NCBI GenBank assembly: GCA_963771305.1
Contig: CAVYTS010000036.1
Location: forward strand, 423-64,422
Reading direction: 5' to 3'
Length of the DNA stretch: 64,000 nucleotides
DNA from: an uncultured Acidobacteriaceae bacterium
GTDB taxonomy: Bacteria > Acidobacteriota > Terriglobia > Bryobacterales > Bryobacteraceae
The stretch's first letter is position 1. Every line of letters starts with the position of its first letter. This document shows positions 58,370-64,000 of this stretch, in pieces. The notes beneath the pieces were generated by a model. The model ran no database searches and was not told the origin of the DNA. It saw only the letters and a list, made by a program, of their open reading frames with translations. Both the position numbers and the translations under genes were made by a program.

Positions 58370-59147
58370 TTACAGGCTCATCAAGTCGCGGAAGCGCTGA
58401 GCTTGTCGGCGCGAAACCTCTACCTGTTGTCCGCTGCGCAGCATCAGTCGCAAGCTGCCTGAGAACCACGGCTCCACGTCCTTGACCCAATTCAGGTTCA
58501 CAAGGTGCTGCCGGCTGGCCCGGAAAAATATTTGGGGATCGAGCCTGCTCTCCAGATAATTCAGTGTCTTCGGGAACCAGCGGCTGGTGAGTGCCGAAGT
58601 AGAGCCGAGTGTAGTTTCCTTCGACTTCCAGCAGCCTGACTTCCGCCAGCGGCACAAACCAGCAATGTTCGCCGTCCTTCACGAAGACGCGATCCGTGCC
58701 CTTCAGCAGGTTTCGCCCTGATGCGGCCTCAACGTCGCCTTCTCGCGATTCTCGCTGGTTGGCTCCGGGCTGGTCCAAGCCAAGTTGGGCGGCGGCCTGC
58801 TCCGCTTTCTGTAGGGCCTTCGCCAGACGTTCGGCCTGCACGGGCTTCACTAGATAGTCCAGCGCGTTCTTCTCAAAGGCCTGTACCGCAAATTCGCTGT
58901 ATGCCGTCGTGAAAATCACCAACGGAACCGAATCCAATGCCTCGAGCAACTCGAATCCATTTCGGCCGGGCATCTGGATATCCAGCAGCAGCAGATCGGG
59001 TTGCAAGTCCGGAATGAAGAGCTCAGCTTCGTCGGCATTCGCCGCTTCGCCCACCACCTCCACCTCGGGGTGGTTGTCGAGCAAGCGCCGCAGTTCCGCC
59101 CTGGCGAGCCTTGAATCCTCCACAATCAATGTTCGAAGCCGCATCAT
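58370..59147 (-). CDS. LytTR-family response regulator; one frame change near 58560
   Basis: REC domain (LIVEDSRLARAEL...DLLLLDIQMPG). The LytTR domain starts in ORF 58299-59147 (VRLLEVEGNYTRLYF) and ends in ORF 58370-58657 (FFRASRQHLVNLNWV...VSRRQAQRF). Confidence 0.85.
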
Positions 59148-59155
59148 GATGCCCT

Positions 59156-60364
59156 TCAGGTCAGCGGAATGCTCGCCGTCGCGGACACGCGATCCTGGCC
59201 TTTGTTGGCAAGTGTCAGCCGAGCCAGTTCTCCGCTCAGCAACCGTAGTCGCTCGCGGGCGTTCTCCAGCCCAAATCCGTTGCCCGCCGCCATTGGCAGT
59301 TGCCCGGAGTTCTCGACATCCACCACCAAGGCGCCTGCCTCGATCCGCGCAAGCACTAGAATCTCACCACCTTGAGGGCGGTTGGAGATACCGTGTTTGA
59401 TAGCGTTCTCGACCAGTTGCTGCACGACCATCGGCGGCAGCTGAGCCCTTTGAGCGTCCCGCGTTGCCTCAATTCGCCATTGCAGCCGGTCTTCGAACTG
59501 GAGCGACTCCAGTTCCAGATAAGCTTTTACTACCGCGAGTTCCTCCTCAAGTGGAACACGCTCATGCCGGCTCACCTCCAGGGCATAGCGCAACAATTCG
59601 GAGAGCCGCAGCATCATCTCGCGGGCCCGGTTCGGGTCTTCCGCTACCAGTGATCTCAGATTATTCAGGCAATTGAACAGGAAATGCGGATTCACCTGGC
59701 TCTTCAGCGCCCTGAGCTCAGCCGCCTGGACGGCCGCCTGCAATTGGAGGCGCTGCAGTTCGCTTTGCTGATACGCCCGCCGCAGATGCAAACTCATGAA
59801 GACGGCCGACCAGCACCAGAACATGAGCGCGCTGCCCACCGTGAAGCCGGCCACTGTTTGAAACGTGGAGGCCTGGGACTTGGTCCAAAGTGTCGTGCCC
59901 CAAATCAGAAGGAAAATTGGGGTGACGATCGCTTGCCAGAGGATGGAACAGAGCAGTGAGCCGCCAAACGTCATGAGGCCCCAGCGAATAGCCGAATGGG
60001 TCTGCTGGCGAACGAGAATGCGGCCGAATGCCTGCGACACGACAAAGTTCGCAGCTCCCTGGATCAGCAGCTGCGAGACCATTTTGGCATCGAGCTTGCC
60101 TTCCAGCCCGGTGAAGAACAGGCCAATCATCAGCCAGATTGTCCAGAACACAAACTGGAAGGACCATGGGAAACTGCTTCCAGGTTGGTTCACCACCGGA
60201 TTGATCCACTTGGCCATAGCGGCGTTTGCCTGATTGGAGCCGCCCCAACGCAGCTCAGGCGAAACAATCTCCTGCTTTGAAGATACGCTGCGCGGCGGGC
60301 CACTAGTAAGGCGGGGTTGTACCAGCGGCGGAATCCAGGGATGAACGGCCTGGCCCGCCCCCAA
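59156..60364 (-). CDS. LytS/YehU-type sensor histidine kinase
   Basis: Multi-TM N-terminus, His_kinase motif LKSQVNPHFLFNCLNNL, HATPase_c (ENAIKHG...GFGLEN). The start may be the MAKWINP methionine at 60217. Confidence 0.85.
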   Translation of the reverse strand: MGAGQAVHPWIPPLVQPRLTSGPPRSVSSKQEIVSPELRWGGSNQANAAMAKWINPVVNQPGSSFPWSFQFVFWTIWLMIGLFFTGLEGKLDAKMVSQLLIQGAANFVVSQAFGRILVRQQTHSAIRWGLMTFGGSLLCSILWQAIVTPIFLLIWGTTLWTKSQASTFQTVAGFTVGSALMFWCWSAVFMSLHLRRAYQQSELQRLQLQAAVQAAELRALKSQVNPHFLFNCLNNLRSLVAEDPNRAREMMLRLSELLRYALEVSRHERVPLEEELAVVKAYLELESLQFEDRLQWRIEATRDAQRAQLPPMVVQQLVENAIKHGISNRPQGGEILVLARIEAGALVVDVENSGQLPMAAGNGFGLENARERLRLLSGELARLTLANKGQDRVSATASIPLT

Positions 60365-60366
60365 AC

Positions 60367-60975
60367 CTATTTGCCTTGCGCGGCCGGCGCCTTGGGCTTC
60401 GGTGGGCCGGCCTGGCCCAGGATCTCCAGCAACCGCGCCCGCAATGTGGATTCTTCCAGGGCCGTGAAGTCGCCAGACGGCGGAGTTTGATAACGGATCA
60501 TTCCATCCCGATCGATTAGTACCTGTTGCGGAACTTGCGGCCGATCGTTCATGGTCATGCCCATGAAGTTCATTAGGACCATAATGTTTTCCCTCGGTGA
60601 GCCGGCATCGATCCAGCCCACCGGAAATCCGACTTGTAGGTTTGAAATGAACTGCTTGATTACCGCTTCGTCAGTGGTATTCACTGCCACGTCCAGCGCC
60701 TGAAACCCCTTCGGTCCCAGCTCGCGCTGCAGCGTGGTCATCACCTTGGAAGCCTCCTGGCAGTGCGGGCAGGTGGTCTGAATGAATTCGAGCGCAACCA
60801 CCTTGCCCTTGTACTGGCTGAGCTGCTTCTGCGCCCCGCCGGGAAGCTTGAAATTGAGTACCGGTGCCGTACGCAGCGGCGGCAAGCCCGGTAGTGCCTG
60901 TGAGAAAGCGGGCACGGAGGATATGAGACAAAACGAAACGAGCGCGGCGGCGGCGCGCAGTCGAAGGGTTAACAA
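60367..60975 (-). CDS. Secreted thioredoxin-fold protein (redoxin / TlpA-like)
   Basis: Signal peptide and a CPHC active site in FIQTTCPHCQE. Confidence 0.75.
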   Translation of the reverse strand: MLTLRLRAAAALVSFCLISSVPAFSQALPGLPPLRTAPVLNFKLPGGAQKQLSQYKGKVVALEFIQTTCPHCQEASKVMTTLQRELGPKGFQALDVAVNTTDEAVIKQFISNLQVGFPVGWIDAGSPRENIMVLMNFMGMTMNDRPQVPQQVLIDRDGMIRYQTPPSGDFTALEESTLRARLLEILGQAGPPKPKAPAAQGK

Positions 60976-61130
60976 AGTGAGCGATTCTCCTTATTTACGT
61001 GTACCTCACTCGGACGGCCGCAACTTGCTTCCGTTGGGTTTTGCGGCCAACGTTCGGTTATCGGGCTGTTTTTCGCACGCGTCGGCGCGTTATGCTCAAT
61101 CCTTAGCTTGTCTCACCTTTCAGGCTGACT

Positions 61131-62375
61131 ATGAAGGCTCGCGTTGCCGTCGTTGGACCAACATTGCTTCTCGCTGCCGTTGCATTCGCCCAGGTTATGC
61201 AACAGGCTGGCTCGCCGGAAGGCCCGAAGCTTCTGAAAACCCTGGCGGCGAAATGCGACAACCCGAAGCGGTATTCCTGGGAAGGCGACCTACTGGTAGA
61301 GGGTAAGAAAGCGAACGCGCCCTGGCAGCTCCTGTCTCAGGCCAAGGTGAAGCTGGCCATTGCTGACAATGGACGATCCTATTTGCGTATCGAGCCTTCG
61401 CAGCAAGACGAGTATTGGCTGATCTCCAACGGTCAAAAATCTTGGGCGTACCTGCCGCAGCGGAAGCAGTATACGGAGGAAGAGTCGGCGACCCTCTCAT
61501 CGGACGCCGCGAATGCCGCCGATGACCAGGAAGAGCAAAACGACAAACCGGAAGAATCGCACGGCTTCGCCGAAACCTACGCCCGTCTGATTGTTCCCAC
61601 CATCGCGGCGTCTTACAAGAATGCGCGTGGCCTCGGCCTACGCCCGAATGCAGAACTGAAAATCGGCAAGCAGAAAGTCAGTTGGCCAACGGTAGTCATT
61701 TCCACCAAACCGGATGAGCAGAAGACGAGCGATCTCATCGAGTTCGTCCTGGATCCGGACCATGCCGGAGTGGGGCGCATGGTCTGGGTCAATGCTCATG
61801 AGAAAGCGCCGGAACCTTCCTATATCCGAACCACGGTGCTTTTCTCTTCCTTCTCGGTCGCCGAAGAGGTCCCTGATGCGCTCTTTACATTCGAACCGCC
61901 GAAGAAAGCGAAGCTTGTTGAGACGCTGCCGGTGCCCGGCTTCGAAGGATCGGCCGTTCTGAACCGGCCGGCGCCCGATTTTGAATTGAAGACCGGCGGC
62001 GGCGAAAAGGTCCGGCTCAGCGATTATCGCGGCAAAGTGGTGCTACTGAATTTCTGGGCCACGTGGTGCGGCCCTTGCCGCCAGGAGTTGCCCACCGTCG
62101 CCAAGCTGTATGGTGAGTTTAAGGATTCAGGCCTGGTCGTCTTCGGCGTGAATGATGAAGACAAAGGCACCGCGCGCAAATACCTGGAGAAGGAAGGGCT
62201 GGCACTGCCGTTCCTGGACGACAGCTCGCAGAAAGCGCATCGGCTCTATCACGTGAACGCGATTCCTACCGTCTTTCTGATCGATCCCCAAGGCAAGGTC
62301 GTGAAGTACTTCCGCGGCGGCCATGATGAGGCATCCTTTCGTGCAGCGCTGGCAACGGTCGGAATCGGAAAGTGA
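61131..62375 (+). CDS. Secreted two-domain protein: N-terminal LolA-like/unknown domain plus C-terminal TlpA-family thiol-disulfide oxidoreductase
   Basis: Signal peptide. C-terminal APDFELKTGGGEKVRLSDYRGKVVLLNFWATWCGPCRQELP...IPTVFLID. Confidence 0.8.
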   Translation: MKARVAVVGPTLLLAAVAFAQVMQQAGSPEGPKLLKTLAAKCDNPKRYSWEGDLLVEGKKANAPWQLLSQAKVKLAIADNGRSYLRIEPSQQDEYWLISNGQKSWAYLPQRKQYTEEESATLSSDAANAADDQEEQNDKPEESHGFAETYARLIVPTIAASYKNARGLGLRPNAELKIGKQKVSWPTVVISTKPDEQKTSDLIEFVLDPDHAGVGRMVWVNAHEKAPEPSYIRTTVLFSSFSVAEEVPDALFTFEPPKKAKLVETLPVPGFEGSAVLNRPAPDFELKTGGGEKVRLSDYRGKVVLLNFWATWCGPCRQELPTVAKLYGEFKDSGLVVFGVNDEDKGTARKYLEKEGLALPFLDDSSQKAHRLYHVNAIPTVFLIDPQGKVVKYFRGGHDEASFRAALATVGIGK

Positions 62376-62381
62376 GTTTAG

Positions 62382-62441
62382 CCTTGGTATCGTAAGCAGT
62401 ATTCTGAAGCATTGGGACTCACTCGCAAGGATTTGGAATGA
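62382..62441 (+). pseudogene. Possible hicA toxin 3' remnant (last ~19 codons)
   Basis: PWYRKQYSEALGLTRKDLE-TGA, with the TGA overlapping the hicB ATG (ATGA). The C-terminal LGLT..DL pattern resembles HicA tails. No upstream HicA body is present. Confidence 0.3.
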
Positions 62442-62657
62442 GACGTTATGCCGTCGTAATCGAAAAGACTGGGACGGGATTCGGTGCCGATGTGCCCGAT
62501 CTTCCGGGCTGCGTATCAACCGGACGGTCCAATGACAGAGACCGAGCAGAATATACGCGCGGCCATTGAGTTCCACTTGGATGGAATGCGTGAAGACGGC
62601 GACCCTATTCCTGATCCGACAACCGTTACGGTCTCCGTTGAGATTCCGACGGCGTAG
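62438..62657 (+). pseudogene. hicB: HicB-family antitoxin (UPF0150); one frame change near 62520
   Basis: MRRYAVVIEKTGTGFGADVPDLPGCVSTG, then in the next frame TETEQNIRAAIEFHLDGMREDGDPIPDP...EIPTA. Confidence 0.7.
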
Positions 62658-62721
62658 AACCCGGCACGATGCGAACGCGGGCCGCACGTTAGTAGGCATC
62701 CACCGGGACTGCGGGTGAATT

Positions 62722-63054
62722 ATGAAGATAAAGACTCTGATATCGCTCGGCGTTCTGCTTTCGTTTTGGACCGCTTCTGCAGGGACCCTCGGATTCGTCC
62801 AACAGCACTTCAGCGACATCCACTTCGAGAAAGGCAAATGGGACCGGACCGTGCAATTGCCCTGTTTTACCTATACGGCCACCGAGAACGCCGCCACCGT
62901 TGAAGTCCTGCGAATAGGCACCAACAATCTGGTTCCGTTTCGCGCCACCAAGGGGCTCAAAGTGACGGTTTGCTACAACACCGCCGCGTTTGACGAGGGG
63001 TTCGAAACAGGCCTGCCTCTTCCGAAAGTCGCGGCTGAGAAGCCAGCGCCTTAA
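62722..63054 (+). CDS. Hypothetical secreted protein
   Basis: Signal peptide MKIKTLISLGVLLSFWTASAG; beta-rich 110 aa. Confidence 0.5.
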   Translation: MKIKTLISLGVLLSFWTASAGTLGFVQQHFSDIHFEKGKWDRTVQLPCFTYTATENAATVEVLRIGTNNLVPFRATKGLKVTVCYNTAAFDEGFETGLPLPKVAAEKPAP

Positions 63055-63143
63055 GCGAATCAATCCCCCCACGAAAACCGCGCCCACCTGCCAAGAAAAC
63101 CTTGCCTTTTCGGGCCGCGAGATCATCTGAGAAAGACCGAACC

Positions 63144-64000
63144 GTGAAACCCGTGGAAAAGACGACCCCTCCCGAACGATTGAAGACACTGCTGCCCGAG
63201 GTGTGGGCGCTGATGAAACCGCGCCGGACGCTCCTGCTGGCTGGCGCCGGGCTCATGATCATCAATCGCGTCTGCGGCTTGGCTCTGCCCGTAAGCACCA
63301 AGTATCTGATCGACAACGTGATGCGCCGAGGCCAGACGGAACTTCTGGTTCCGATTGTTCTCGCGGTCCTGCTCGCCACTGTCATTCAAGGCGTCACCTC
63401 GTTTTCGCTGACCCAGCTGCTCTCCAAGTCGGGCCAGCGGCTGATCTTTGAAATGCGTGTCAGAATCCAGGAGCATATCGGCAGGCTGCCAGTCAGCTTT
63501 TACGATTCGAACAAGACAGGGACACTGGTCTCGCGGATCATGAGCGATGTCGAGGGCGTGCGCAATCTCATTGGAACCGGTTTGGTGGAACTGGCTGGCG
63601 GACTGCTCACGGCGGTCATCTCGACAGTCATACTCTTCCGCACCAGCGCCACCATGACCTCATTTGTATTGCTGATTCTGATCGCTTTTGGGCTGGTGCT
63701 GCAGCGAGCCTTCAAAACCGTCCGCCCCATCTTCCGCGAGCGGGGCAAGATCAACGCGGAAGTCACCGGCCGCCTTACCGAAACACTCGGCGGCGTGCGC
63801 GTTATCAAGGGCTATCACGCCGAAAAGCGCGAAGCCGGTGTGTTTCAGGCCGGCGCCCAGCGCCTTTTGGACAATGTCTTGAAATCACTGAGCACCATTT
63901 CGTTCATGACCCTGGCCTCAACCGTTCTCATGGGACTGGTTGGAGCGCTCATCATGTTCCTGGGCGCGCGTCAAATTGCCGCGCACCGAATGGAAGTCGG
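63144..64000 (+). CDS. ABC transporter permease/ATPase (MsbA-like exporter), N-terminal transmembrane domain; continues past the window end
   Basis: Open frame 3, not in the ORF track because it has no stop. LLLAGAGLMIINRVCGLALPVSTKYLIDNV...LPVSFYDSNKTGTLVSRIMSDVEGVRNLIG is the type-1 ABC exporter TMD signature. Confidence 0.8.
   Translation, partial: MKPVEKTTPPERLKTLLPEVWALMKPRRTLLLAGAGLMIINRVCGLALPVSTKYLIDNVMRRGQTELLVPIVLAVLLATVIQGVTSFSLTQLLSKSGQRLIFEMRVRIQEHIGRLPVSFYDSNKTGTLVSRIMSDVEGVRNLIGTGLVELAGGLLTAVISTVILFRTSATMTSFVLLILIAFGLVLQRAFKTVRPIFRERGKINAEVTGRLTETLGGVRVIKGYHAEKREAGVFQAGAQRLLDNVLKSLSTISFMTLASTVLMGLVGALIMFLGARQIAAHRMEV

Overview
GC-rich bacterial chromosomal window. I cannot assign a taxon without a database search; the gene content and repeat families resemble Acidobacteriota-type soil bacteria, but that is inference only. 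Positions 1-36 kb and 52.9-64 kb are ordinary core genome. They carry aroB and ubiE, hslVU, a minus-strand operon apt-ispE-prs-ctc-pth-rpsF-rpsR-rplI, sua5, prfB with its programmed +1 frameshift, a GH127 glycosidase, and a Kgd/OdhA-type fused 2-oxoglutarate dehydrogenase. They also carry mrdA-rodA, an RNase E/G with a very large disordered insert, two orphan response regulators, iorAB-like oxidoreductase genes, a PiT phosphate transporter, a LytS/LytTR two-component pair and several thioredoxin-like genes. Positions 36.0-52.9 kb are a decayed accessory region downstream of tRNA-Ser(GGA). It is delimited by three direct copies of the tRNA 3' end, which suggests two tandem islands. It contains a DUF433/PIN-like toxin-antitoxin pair, one full and one truncated REP-associated tyrosine transposase, an integrase remnant, and two orphan RHS core tails with toxin cassettes. 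It also contains a near-complete group II intron plus a second intron fragment, an ISL3 element inside a small gene, and a three-level IS nest. I did not find a clean, intact multi-gene novel system. The most unusual items are the orphan RHS toxin cassettes fused to mobile-element boundaries, the Pro/Gly-periodic tract, the nested mobile elements and several dispersed or tandem repeats. One caveat affects everything: many conserved genes (sucA, rne, rpsF, ubiE, pit, iorAB and others) only make sense if the reading frame is switched. Where I could resolve the switch it lies in a homopolymer run, so many apparent pseudogenes may be assembly indels rather than biology.
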